A stretch of 62,398 bases of DNA, counting the filler, from Asterionella formosa (Eukaryota), in NCBI GenBank assembly GCA_002256025.1. It is 6 parts of 6 records of this genome, joined end to end, with 100 filler letters (N's around TTAATTAATTAA, not from the genome) between each part and the next. Parts side by side here need not be neighbours in the genome. Positions count along the whole stretch, not along the records: positions 27,710 to 55,223 come from NKIB01001465.1; 5 more parts are not named here. The stretch is one strand, 5' to 3'. Under the pieces are notes generated by a model. The model worked only from the letters and a program-made list of their open reading frames with translations, ran no database searches and was not told the DNA's origin. The translations under genes and the position numbers were made by a program. This document shows positions 35,701 to 48,321 of the stretch, in pieces (within the stretch, counting starts at the first letter, position 1; each line of letters starts with the position of its first letter).

Positions 35701-36771
35701 TTCCCCCGTTTTGGTTCTGAACTTCAAATCGTTATTAGATAATTCGACTCCTTTGAGGGAATGATCCAACACTTCTTGTATTCCTACTTGACAGCAAGGC
35801 TCGATAAAGGTTTTAACAAAAGGCTTGTACAAAACCTCATCTTTGCTGAAACCAGTAATCTCAGCAATCATGTTGTTCCACTCGTTGACCATCCCTTTCG
35901 TGTCGACTCCAAAAATTGGTGTTTGGGCATTTTCTAAAAAAGATTGAAGCTCTTGAGCGACAATGAATTTTCTTCTAGTCTTCTCCATATCCTCCGTGGT
36001 GTCTTGCGCACCAACATATATTAGTTCACCGTCGTGGAGAAGCGTCAAATTCAGGAGAAAGTACTTCAATCTTCCTCCCTTTGTAACAAATTTGATCTGA
36101 AAATTTGGCGTTTCCTTTCCGTCAAATGCGTCATACAGCATGGTCTTGGTGGTAAGCCGGTCTTCTTCGCTCACCAAAGATTCAACGAAACATTTTCCCA
36201 AAACGTCCTCGTCGGTGAAGCCAGTCACTCTCATTGCTTTCCTGTTCCAAAACTTGGTCAAGTAATTGCGATCAAGCGTGAATATAGGTGTTTTCGAAGA
36301 TTCCACGAATTCTTCATGTGATGGTGTTTGCGATGTCGACAAGCTGGATACTGACAGCAGACCATTTTGTAAACCTGACAGTACCTCCTCCGCAAATAAG
36401 ACAGCACCGATGTAGGATCCTTCATGGTCACGCAGCACTGAGGCTCTGATATCAAGGCGCTTCACATTTCCGCTCTGTGCGATTAATTCTACGACTTTAT
36501 TTGTGCAGTCCTCTTTACCTCCCTTGACCTCTGCTAGCCAGCCGAACGACAGAGCAAAGCTAGGGGAGATGTGTTCTAGCTTTGTACCGACTAAATCCTG
36601 AGCAGAATAACCCAAGATCTCCGTTGTCTTGCGATTCCATCCGGTTATTAGCTCGTCCTGGTCTACAACAACAATTGATGTCTCGACAAAATTGATCCAA
36701 TCTGGTGGTCGCGTTGGACTCGACGGTTCGACCATTCTCGTGTGATTGTCAATTCGTGCCCTTTTCTCCAT
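32709..36771 (-). CDS. Hybrid sensor histidine kinase: 7 PAS + HisKA + HATPase + receiver (4 exons, ~1286 aa)
   Basis: Exons 36771-35117, 35044-34664, 34599-34219, 34152-32709. PAS repeats ANAPIFGID..G.VNEWN, H-box AHELRNPL, N-box NVITNAIKYT, DTGPGI, GTGLGL, REC IIDD...VVDQYM...KP. Confidence 0.93.
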
Positions 36772-38630
36772 TTCGAGCCGCAGATCGATTCCTTGAAGTA
36801 AATGGCTCCTATCAAGCAAGAGTTAACGAGACTAGAGCGCCTCAAGTCAGCTGAAGAGATGACAGAAAGCCCCCTCCTATAGCAGGAGGTACAGTAATAG
36901 ATGAATGTATGATACTAGATATTTAATAGGGAGTACCTGGTAACCGGTGATAACATTCTGGAATATACCGGGTACCTGATGGTATGTATATACATTAAAA
37001 ATATTTTTTCTTGAGCGCAACTGGACGAAAAGACCAACTTATAAATGTATAGAGTATGGTACCTGGTAGTGTACCCGGTCATCTGGTTCTAGAAGGATAG
37101 TGCAGTGTACGGACGAGTATGTACCCGTATGTACATTAGTCGACGCCATGTGCGAGCTACCGGTATCTACATGCTGGTATTCTATCATAGTATGTTTTGT
37201 GATGATTCTGGATAAACCGGTTAGAAGATGGCCCAGTATGTACAAGCAATTTAAAGGTCTCAGACATCCAACGTGGTCCCTAGTAATCGTAGCTGAGGAC
37301 AAGAATCGTCGTTTAGGATTTGACAATCATGTATGAATGATGACAACATCCTTCCTATTCATATAAGTGTATTAATTACTAATTACTGCTACAGGTTCGA
37401 CAGTATCATGTGCATGAAGTACGACCGCAAGAATGTTATTCGCGGCTGCAAAATCTCTCGAATGACCCAACAAAGCCTATGACGTGCAACCTTCCGAGTC
37501 TGAAATTACCCTGGTACCTGGAACTGGTACCTACAGACATGAAGATACATAATATGATATATTTGTACTGTAACTGGAATATACCGGCACGTTGGAAAGG
37601 ACAGAAATGACCCCACTGACGACATTTTCCCGCTCAATCATATAACGGCATGTAAAACTCGGTACCTGGTACCAGGTACCTGTGTACCTGCTACTCTGTT
37701 CAATCAATGGTTTACTGGTCGTAGTCGTTGCAACCAAACTTTACGGCTTGGCTGATCATAAAGTGCAGCAAGCTCCGATAATTCTCTGGCCAACAGCCCT
37801 TCCTATTTGATATTCATTCTGAAACGATTTGTGTCTATAATATAAGTTCTAAGTAGTCTAGATTAAGGTGAACCTGACCTCGATTTTTTTGGCGCATTTT
37901 TCGTAGAATTGCACCTTGATTGGAATGTTTGCTCTGGATCTCCCCCTTTTTCGTTGACCCTTTGTTACTCAATAGACATAAGAAGAAGGATTTGACACCA
38001 GAACAGCGACAATACATTGCCGATTGCTTGCTTTGCAACCTAAGAAGGGAGACTGACAAGACTGTCGACATGGATGGTGGCCAGCTCCTCATAAATCTGG
38101 GCATGGTGCACAAAACTTTGGCTTTATTATTCGACATCTGTAGAACGAAATATTTTGTGTCCAGATACACATGCTTGTTAGTTTATTTAGCTATATCTCT
38201 TTGTTAGTAATAGCTGATATCACAAACACATGGACAGGTCAGTCAGTTAGTATGCTGGCCAACAAAAATCAAAGCCCAAAATGATCCATATCATGTATCA
38301 CTATTTAGCGTTATACATGCCCAAATATACTTATCTAACCAACAAACCCATCTTCAGCATTGTCTTGCGTAAAAAATACATATTGCTTCTAGAGAGGGCT
38401 TCTTTGCTTTAAGAATGTGGATCAGCCAAGCAACAAGCCAATGAAATGGATTGTTGCAACTATAGTTGAACAGAGGGAGCAAGCAGTACTGCAGAGGTAG
38501 GTCCTCCCTCTGTCCAATAACACTTGCATCGAGAATTCAAATTTCTCTGAGGCCATTTTGACTCCTACGATTTTCTCCGGCTTAATTGTCCTTTTGTGCG
38601 GCTTGCTCTAAGCTATAGATCCATGTATAT

Positions 38631-39481
38631 CAGGACACACACCAAGTCACAAGGAAGGCAATCATGATGGCAGTGGACAACCAACAAAAACTAGAGAGAA
38701 TTCTCAATCTAAGGGGTTATCTAACTCTAACCTGGTGCGGGACAATGTTATCAGACCCAGATCAGGGGGATCACTGCCATTCAAGCTAGCAGATGAATGA
38801 AGACAGCAGCCATCCAGCAGCTATGGCTCCTAACCTCGGAGGCATGGGAAGAAAGAACTATGGTCCTTCACAAAGGAACAAGCAAATGCGAGCATAACTC
38901 AATCTGAATATGATGACAAAATCAAGAGGTTGTACACCAGTCAGAAACACACAATCAACAAAAGAGATTCACATCTTTTCTCTAAGACCCTCCAGGTATT
39001 GCTGACTGCACAGCTAGGAACAAAACGCAGCTTTTAGAAAAAGCGGCATGTCTTTTCGAAGAATCGGCGCATCTGGCCAAACAAGGTCAACAGAATCTAC
39101 ATTAATTTTACATTACAACTCCATGCGCATTTGGAAGACAAGCAGCCAAGACCTACAGTGTGGCCGCAAACTACTTTGCGCTCACAAACCCAGCTAACAA
39201 GTTTCTTCACCCATTGAAAAACGAGGCAGAAGTCTGAAAAGCACACAGCACAATTAAGTACCCCCCCCCCCCCCCCGACTCTCCCTTGAGAGAGTGTATC
39301 CACAACTCCACAACCACCTTCCCGCGTACAAGTACCTAGAGTCACCACATACTATGTTGGGCTGATACCATGCGGGTTAGGGTTAATTTTTCTCATTTCA
39401 GCGAAACCCAGGCTTAGTACGCCAGGAAGCGCCATGAGGGCTCCCCTACCAGCAATAAGGCGCTTAATAAATGACATTTAT
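38631..39481 (+). mobile_element. 5'-truncated, degenerate non-LTR retrotransposon (LINE) with 17-bp TSD
   Basis: TATAGATCCATGTATAT at both 38614-38630 and 39482-39498. Interrupted frame NQQKL...LRGYLTLTW...IQQLWLLTSEAWEERTMVLH...IKRLY...DSHLF resembles the C-terminus of diatom LINE ORF2. 3' end AATAAATGACATTTAT. Confidence 0.8.
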
Positions 39482-41199
39482 TATAGATCCATGTATATAA
39501 TATATATAGAATGATTAAAATTGCTTGGCAACTAGCTAGGAGGGTAAAAAGAACCGTTTTTAGGAATTTTTCTATTTACACTTTTGCTCATCTCGAGCAA
39601 AATGCAGATGCCTGACCCCCATTTTTTTCTTACTTCCCCTTCTCAACAAGCATATGAGAAAGTATCTAACACCAGAAGAGCGTCAACTGGTGTTGGAATA
39701 TGGTTTACAGAGGAGCCTCAGAAGATGACCTTATGGAGGAGACGAAATAATGTGTACTAGCTACCAGAACTGAGGAGCTCTATTTAGATTATATGGCTAG
39801 CTAGCTAGCTACTAGTACTATTGGTAGTAGAGAAAATTGCGGAATAGGGCCAGAGCATGCTGATATGGAATTACTCCCTTTCTTTCTTGCTTATGATGGC
39901 CTCCTTCTGTTAGTCTTTCTAGCTGGTATTATCAACCATTATTCCGCCACTTTCATTTGAATCACAGCAGTAGTAGCTGGCTGCTGTATCACTAGCATCT
40001 GGTAATGGTTAGTTGTTGAATGACTGGAGAATGACAAGTAATGTTTCATGCAAATATGAGGGAGATGAATCGGTTAGAGCTGCTTAATTGAAAACAATTG
40101 CAAAGCACTCAGACCAGCCATTGTTGTTCTTACCTTATTTTGTCTCTGGAAGAATGTCACAAAGCATTTTTTTACTGAAGCACGAGCTAGATTACTTGTG
40201 TGAGAGTTTGCAGTGAAAAAATAGCAATACAATAGAATGAAACAACTAACAACATACTACCACGAAAAGAGCCAACAACAAAGCCTTGAAAAAAACTTAT
40301 CTTCAATGTTCTTCAATGGAAGACTATAATGTTTGTCTCTACGGTAGAGACAAGGATGAGGTGCGAGAAGAAGAATCTCAGAGTACTAGTATCCCTCAAT
40401 TGCATCGAACTTAATGTGCAGAGTCAATATAACTGGTATCCTCCCCGAATCCTTCCATTTCGCTTCTGAATTTTCTGGATGGTAGATCAAATCGTTTGTC
40501 GTTGACACCTTGTTTCGAAAACAAGGATCATGCTCTCGCCTTCAACAGATACCGCAACAGCAACTGTTTGTGCATCCAGCCTTTTTGCATCAACCTTGGC
40601 ACTTCTTCCATATCCAATACAGTTTTTACTAGCTAGACTCAAGCCATCATCTATGTGCGCTTTTCTTGCGACCTCGCTCTTGAGCCTTGTGAGTGTAGTC
40701 ACATTCATTGCAGCCTCACATTTAAGACAATGTTAACGGAACTTTTCGAATTTATGCCAGAAGGAATTCTGGGTTACTAGCCAGATAGAGGCTTAATAGC
40801 TGACAAGAGAAAAGGGCATGTGAGGAGCAGAACGAATATGTCGGAAACTGTGTAGTAGAGACTTTTGGTTAGTTGGCATAAGAGAAGCCTGGCAGTCGTT
40901 GGCCACTAGGATGAAATGTAGCTAGGAGGCCATGATGGGAAACAAGTGAAAGCACTCTTGGTGGAATCCGGATGCTGCAGCAGGGTATGCAGGGTGATTC
41001 GAGTTATTCGGAATTGGGGCAAGGGAGTGTCACAAGATCATGGCTGGCTGTGAAGAGGGGACATTAAGGGTGCTGTGACGCTTGAAGTAGTTACTATGCG
41101 CCAGGCCAAGGTTGATTACTTAATGAGAATTACCTTCCACCAATTTACTTTGATCATCTAATGAAAATGTTGTTCAAGGAGGCAAAAGCAATAAAATAT

Positions 41200-42800
41200 T
41201 TTGATGTAAGGTATCAAGCTCCATCCTACCATACTTTGAAGAAACGCATAGATGTTTCATTTACACAACATTAGCTGGTGGTCAACTGTTGACCAAACAA
41301 ATACAGATTGATAACAATTCAAACATGGTCATCCCACGCACACTCCATTATTTCGAACCAATACAGCTCATGGCAGCATTGCTACGCGATTCCGATATCA
41401 TGCAACATTTTGTAGTATGTCACCCACAAGTGAAACTTACAACTTGTGGAGAATGAATATATGACGAAGTAACTTCCGCGACTTGGTTTGAAATGCATTA
41501 AACAATTCTCCAGCATCAGAAAATGGAGTGTTGAAGACAGGGTGTTTATTTGTTGCCCTAGCAGCCAGTTTTCAGTGATGGTTCACCTATTGATAAACAA
41601 ATTAAACATTCCGAGCATCTGTTTTTGTTGACTGACAATGTTAAACTTAACATTAGATGGCTGGAAGGAATGAAAAAAGTTGATGGATGGCAATTGGTAT
41701 CTCTTTTGCCAGACATAAATCAGTGATCTGGAGAAACAAATGAATAATAAGTTGTCTGGTGACAAGTTGTCCTTATGTAGACTCAAGTTATACCATTCTG
41801 TTACAGAATTTCTATTGTCGCCTTTCGAAGATCCAAATAAGTCATACGATATTTCTTGGGTTAATGGTCTTGGTATGACAAAAGTTTATTTCCAGATCGG
41901 AATGATCATTGGTGATACAGAAGAGCACAACAAAATTTGTGGTTTCAGGGGTGGTAATGGATTGTATTGACGATATGTTTGTCGTGATTGCTTGGTTTCA
42001 ACTTAAGATGCCGATAATCCTGATATTTTTTATGTGAACGTCATAAAGTGTCAGATGTTAAAAATTTATTAATCAAATTTCTTGACAAAAATGCATATCC
42101 CAACGGAAAAATTACTATGTATCCCACCTGAGTATGGTGTCTCCCAATCTAATTGCAAATACACAACACCAAACGAGTGGTGCCATGCTATATCGCATAA
42201 TCTTATTATGTCTGCACTAATTAATAATTTTTTTGGTGGTGGCTTAAAAGGATTATTTGGTGCAACTCCATTTGAGGTTCTTCATCAACTATTACTACTT
42301 GGAATATTTAAGTACATTTTGGAATCATTGTACAATCATCGGACTATCCCTGAAGAATTGACATGTTCTTTTAAAGAAAGAAAATCTCCATATATTCCAG
42401 AGAACATCCCTGATCAGAAACGTATCACTGAAACAACAGACATTGCTTTTTTTGATCAAGAGCAACCGAAGAAACGGGCGAAGACCAAAAAGGACACATG
42501 CACCAGATACCAAAAATATCTACACTGGCAAAAATCAAGACGCAACACTTGTACCAGCACCAGAAATGTATTTTCGAAACTATACTTCGATATGTCAATA
42601 GTCATTTGGAAAGGCAAAGCGATCGTGATATTCCAAAATTGTCATACAGATCTGGGATGACAGCTTTGTCAAAATTTCAGGGCAAGAAATCCCTGAATTA
42701 TGGGTATACCGCTACATGCAGTACAGGCGCCACTACTAGTAGTATAGAGCAACATCAATGTTTTCCTAACATCTATGATATGGTTTGTTGCATTGTAGAA
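41200..42800 (+). pseudogene. Degenerate Plavaka/CACTA-like transposase (boundaries approximate)
   Basis: Fragments YDEVTSATWF, FSDGSPIDK, IGDTEEHNKICG, CRDC, GATPFEVLHQLLLLG, SDRDIPK broken by stops and frameshifts. Confidence 0.65.
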
Positions 42801-44419
42801 GTCTCACACTAACTATATTTATAATGTAACTACTAAGCATGCATTGGATTCTATTTGATCCATTCAAAATCAACGTCGTCGTCAATGTCCCATTGATTAA
42901 TACGTTCATTTTAGCTAATCAATATCCTTCTCAGGAACATTTGGTTGAAGTGGTTCAACATATTGATGCATATCCTCTTCACTAACGTTGGGAAATGAGA
43001 AGTATGAGTGTGGGTAGATGATATTTGTGGTGGAAGTAGGGGGTAGCAATTCCACTAGGATTCCTTCCATATTCAAATCGATTCTTTTGTGAAAGTTCAG
43101 TGTAGATTTCCTTATAATAACCGAGTAAATCATCAGTCCATTGATCAGTGAGACCATTTGAAACTGAACTTTCTTCCCTCACACTTATTTTGATAAGTGG
43201 TTTCCCACCAATGTCGACAAAATCGTCAGAATGACGAATATCGTTCTCTGAAGCAAATTTCATGCGTATCTGGATTGAAACCCAAATATTTTTGTTGCAA
43301 TCGGAAATTTCCTTTCAGCACCAAGAAGCAAAAGGATTCTGTACTGGCATTGATCAGCGAACCAACAAAACGTGATTGCAATTCACATTGTGCCAGAAGA
43401 CTTAGTTAAAATTTGGTCACACCAGATTTGTCTCCTGTTAAAAATGGCTCTCCACGGCTTGTCCTGCCTATAAAATACACTGGAGCAAGAACATCACGCC
43501 AGACTTGCTTGGTATCCTTGGCTTCCCCTTTCAATGTCCTTTTACTGCGCAAAACGATAAAGCGTGAACGCCCGCCCACCTAATAAAGTCATCAATATCC
43601 ATAGTCTGGAAGTTATATTCTGTTAGACCAGCTGGTGTGTCATGAATTATGTTAGCATTTTTAATTCAAACATATTTGATAAGAAATAATCACCGGCTCA
43701 AAACATCATGCTTTCAGAGCATCTCCCGCCGCCCTGCAGGAACTTATCTACTAAGATTCCTTTAAATTGATTATTCAATACATTCTGACATTCTCTAGCT
43801 CAACTTTTTAATGCACATGCCACCAAATGTTGATTTGATGTAATCTAAACGTGCCTTGTTGGTACGTTCAATGGTCTGATTCATCGGAAGTAGTGCATCA
43901 GAACCATTCCATATGAAATCGGCAAGCTCTGGGTCACTCTCCACTTCTTTGCCTAACTCCGGTTTCACTGTGTATAGCCGAGTTAGGCAGGTCAACATTG
44001 GGCAAACCAATCCTGTTTGTGATTGGAAATGCCTTTCAACCCACTAGCTAACTCCCTGTTGCCGATTGGGTTCCTTTGGATAATCGCCTTTTCTCTTTTT
44101 CTTTGTTAACTCATTTTGGTACTTGCTTCTTTGTTCCATACCGGCAGTATTTGCCACATGTCGCTTGTTTTCATGAACCTCTTTATGGTTTTTTGAAGAC
44201 ATTGCTTGTACTACTAGATAACTGTTGTCGTTCTCTTCCTTAAAGTTCGATGATCTTAAAATCATGTGTTGCTAGCTACAATGAAATGAATCATCAGCCA
44301 CTACATATAATATTTTACGCTGTCTACAGTGCTATTTACATTATCATATACAAAATCAGAACTGAGTTTGAGTAATAGCATATCTTGTTTTCAATTATAC
44401 AATTATACGATCCTAAAAA

Positions 44420-44607
44420 TATGATGATTTACTGTCCCGCTGCAGTAGCAGCACTCATGAACATATGGTGTTCTGTTGCTCGCTTACTACTCTGTCTACT
44501 CTCTTTCAATTTTACGATCGTAAAATCCTGAAACTATGATGATTTACTGTCCCGCTGCAGTAGCAACAGTCATGAACATATGGTGTTCTGTTGCTCGCTT
44601 ACTACTC
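44420..44607 (+). repeat. Direct repeat, 2 x 73 bp, 115-bp period
   Basis: TATGATGATTTACTGTCCCGCTGCAGTAGCA...TGTTGCTCGCTTACTACTC at 44420-44492 and 44535-44607. Confidence 0.9.
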
Positions 44608-47226
44608 CGACTGCCGCCAGTATATCACTTCGTACCTGCTACTGGTACTCTGTATATATATGATAAAATGTTATTGTCGTATGATGTACAAATGAAGAAC
44701 TCCCGCCCCAAAAAAGGGGCTTAAACAATTTGCTACCAAAATCCTTGCGTATAAATAATGATACAAATGGGTTATGACTTACACCAATTGAATGGTGTAA
44801 ATAATTAGTTCCAATGGACGTAGAAAATATTGATGCAAACAAATTTCCAAAAAACAGTACCGGTAAACAAAGTCGTGGAAAACAATGGACATATCGTGCA
44901 TTGAATATTTTCGAATTATCTATATGTAAATATGATCATCTCAACAATACCAGACATTCCATATTGAGAGTGCCTTTGATTTTAATAAATGTACAACACT
45001 TGATATATTTTTATATTTACAAATTTTACAACTATATACATGGCAAATATATGCATTTGAAATCATTCTGTCATGTTAACAAACAATGCCTGCTTCATGA
45101 AAAGAAATATCGTAGTAAAGCACATGACAAGAAAGGAAAGTTTACGCAATAACGAAAAATTTTTGGCTTCGACACATTGCGCCTTCGAAGGATGGAGTAG
45201 CTATGTTTAAGGTAATGAAGCTATCAATGTGGTACTTGGATGAAAATCGTTGGGAGGCAGGACAACAACAATTTGTAAACTAAACGCACATTTCCTTTTT
45301 TCTCAGTTGAATCAACAGCTCGTTTCGCTTGTTGGGGAGTACCAATGTAAAACAAAAAAAAATTGGTAAGTGCTCTTGTCGTTGGACCTACTATTAACTT
45401 CTGATGGAACATAACTGATGGACATGCCACTTTACCTTCTCTCAAAGTTAAGCTAACGAAAATGAATCGGTAAGTTTTATTCGGCAACATTGGAAACCTG
45501 AAACTTTCTTATTCAAGAATTTACTGAAAATTTACTATAACAGATTTATGCATCACCTGCTTTGATTTGGCTGTGGTAAGTGAAGCAAGTAAGAGGATAC
45601 GATGGAATGGCGTGATTTGTGTCAGTGTAACATGTCTAGCTAACAAGTCATTCCTTCTCTTCTCATTGTTACTGTAACTGCATAGGACAATAAAACCGAT
45701 CAAACAACGGAATAGTCGGCGAGTTCAGAATGACACTAACAGCAGGGAGAGAGACGCAACATTAGTAAGGCATTGCTTGGCACAAGATTCAGAAAAGAGG
45801 AAGAAAAGGGCGAGACAGGAACAATATACATTGAGCTGAGTAGAGAGAGAAACGTCGGGTCGCTGGCATATAGAATAATAGATAGCATTGCTAAATTTGA
45901 TAGTTAAATTACGATCCATTTCAATCTATTTTGAACAATGCTTGTGATTAGAATTATGATCATGTTTACAATAGATTTACAATGAAACAATTTAAATGAT
46001 AGCATAGAGTTGAGCTGATTTTAGGATGCATTGTAGTAATAATTTACATCGGGCAATCACGAGAATTGAAAATAATATGAGAAGGTTTATGATGTTGATG
46101 AGTAATGTTGTTGATCAGTTGATATACGTTGCTTGATGATAATGTTCTTATTATCATTATACTTCAAGGTCGTAAAATATTAATAAATCATCACAGTTAT
46201 AAGATACCTAGATCATAGTTTTGATCCAAAAATTATCATATATACGAAAATCCTGTGCCACTTAGCATATGATACCCTTGATCCTATATTCATGATACTT
46301 TTTATTTGCAGACGAGGATTGTTCTTTGATCCATTCAACTGGCTCCTGTCGCAAATTCCTGACTTCTTCCACTCATTGTCAAACAAATTGTTTGCAACTT
46401 CATTTTGGAAAAAAATTCAGATGCTGGGGCATGCATTGTCATCACCAATATCAACAAATCCAGCTGGGAAGGCAATATTGTCAGTGTCAAGATTTCCGCC
46501 AGTACACTTTACAAGTTTGAGAAGCTCTGAAGGCATCACTTCACCTCCTGCTGCCTCTTCAAGTTAATAATCGCCTTCATCATAGTAAAAGTTGTCTGGA
46601 TCACCATTGGAAGTTATCTAGAAGTGATTTTCAAGGGCATACAGCTCAGTCATATCAACATCATCTACAGTCCCGGGAGCAGGCAGCAGTGACCACAATG
46701 GCCATCGCATCCTTACCTCTGATTTTCTTGAGCTCCCTCTGCTGAACTGTCATTCTTGTAAGTCGATGGTCTCTTGCGATGTTCACATGATGATTTCGGA
46801 CTCACAAAGATGGGTGAATGTACATAGAAAGGCATGAAATGAGGGGCCCATTGTCAAATTTTGTTTTCGCGCCCATTCTGCACAGATATTTTTGAGATTT
46901 TCTGGCAGGCAGACTTCTCATGTATCTGAATTTTTTTTTAAACTATATCAGCTTATTGTCATTCATACCTCCAGAAACATAACAGTTCTCTAGATTTAGA
47001 TTAACTTTTCAGAAATGAGGTATCCATTGAATTGAGCTAGGGGCAAGTGATTGAAAACCCAGACTGAATCCAGTCTACTAGAATGAAATCAGTCTAGCCG
47101 GAAAGAATCTGATGACGGTATGTAAAACCAATAAAAAGACGAGCGAAAGAAATCGCTTTCATGCACAGTCGGGAACAAAGAAAGAAATATGTCTCCAGGG
47201 CTCGTTGAACGACGACAATAGACATA

Positions 47227-47643
47227 ATGGACCATTATCATTCCGAAGATAACGATCCTCATCGTGCCTTGGTCGCATCACGACATCGAGGGTGGGCTGG
47301 CGAAGAGCTCGAAATGAATCACACGCTTGATCAAAATCGACATGGATCAAATTCCAAATTCGCCGCTGTTGATTTGAACCAGTTTCGCAATACGATTGTG
47401 GGAGTCGGTTATCAAGCAAAGGGTGTGATAAGGCAAAGATCCGGATCAGAAGCGATCAAAGAGAAAGTTACGAAGCATGCCAGTGCACCAAAGAAGGCGT
47501 TGAGCAAGCGAGATGGAAATAGCACAGGGAAGAAACCTGACAAAAAGCAGCGACTGGAGAGTTATTTGCAATGTGTAGGCATTCGAGAGTTTCGTCGTCA
47601 AATTGAGGAAATTCTATCATCGGAGTCACCTGTTCAAAGGTGA
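47227..47643 (+). CDS. Hypothetical protein (138 aa)
   Basis: ATG-initiated ORF with coding-like composition and a Lys-rich C-terminal half; no recognised domain. Confidence 0.5.
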   Translation: MDHYHSEDNDPHRALVASRHRGWAGEELEMNHTLDQNRHGSNSKFAAVDLNQFRNTIVGVGYQAKGVIRQRSGSEAIKEKVTKHASAPKKALSKRDGNSTGKKPDKKQRLESYLQCVGIREFRRQIEEILSSESPVQR

Positions 47644-48321
47644 AAAGTGCAGAGAACACGACAGGCCTATGCATATCGCTCCACTTCACATCTATACGAC
47701 AAGGCAAATTTTAGATGAATATTCCCAAATTTATTGACGGACAGCAGTAGGACGATTTCCGCTCGTTAACTACCAGGCACTTTAAATAAAGAAAGAGGTG
47801 ATCATCGTCCCTTGCTGTAAGCTAAAATTTTAATTGGCATGATGAACTCACCATTTAGATGCACTTGGTACTTAGCCAGCTCGTTGTTCCTCCTCTTCCT
47901 CCCTCCCCTGGCCCTGTTATGCCCATGTCTGTTGTGGTCTTCCATCGCCATCATCGCCTCTTCCTACGCACGTTGACAAGATTTGTTGGTATTATACATC
48001 GTCGTCACAACATGATTCATCATTGCCTGATTTGGTTGACCCAGAGGAAAACAGGGGAAACTGACGACAGTACGTTGTTTGTTGTTTCTCACCATAGCAC
48101 CGGAGGGGGGTTACTTTTCAAACCATGTGAGTTTCTTGCGAAGCGTTTCTTCTCTAGCCAAAATTGCCTCGAGAGATGATGATTTTCTATCAGGACTCGA
48201 AATGAAGACGGATTAAAGTATTCGATCCATACGACAGATGTTACCTATAAATAGTATTTTTAACATGGTAATTTACTCAACAACTATCCATGGCCCGCTT
48301 ATTCTGACTTCATCTCTGCCC

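Noticed and set aside
37970..38110. Mariner-like transposase N-terminus (KDLTPEQRQYIADCLL)
   Set aside because: Too short, with no catalytic domain or TIR pair to support it.
39372..39386. GGGTTAGGGTTA telomere-like motif
   Set aside because: Only two units, inside the LINE 3' UTR.
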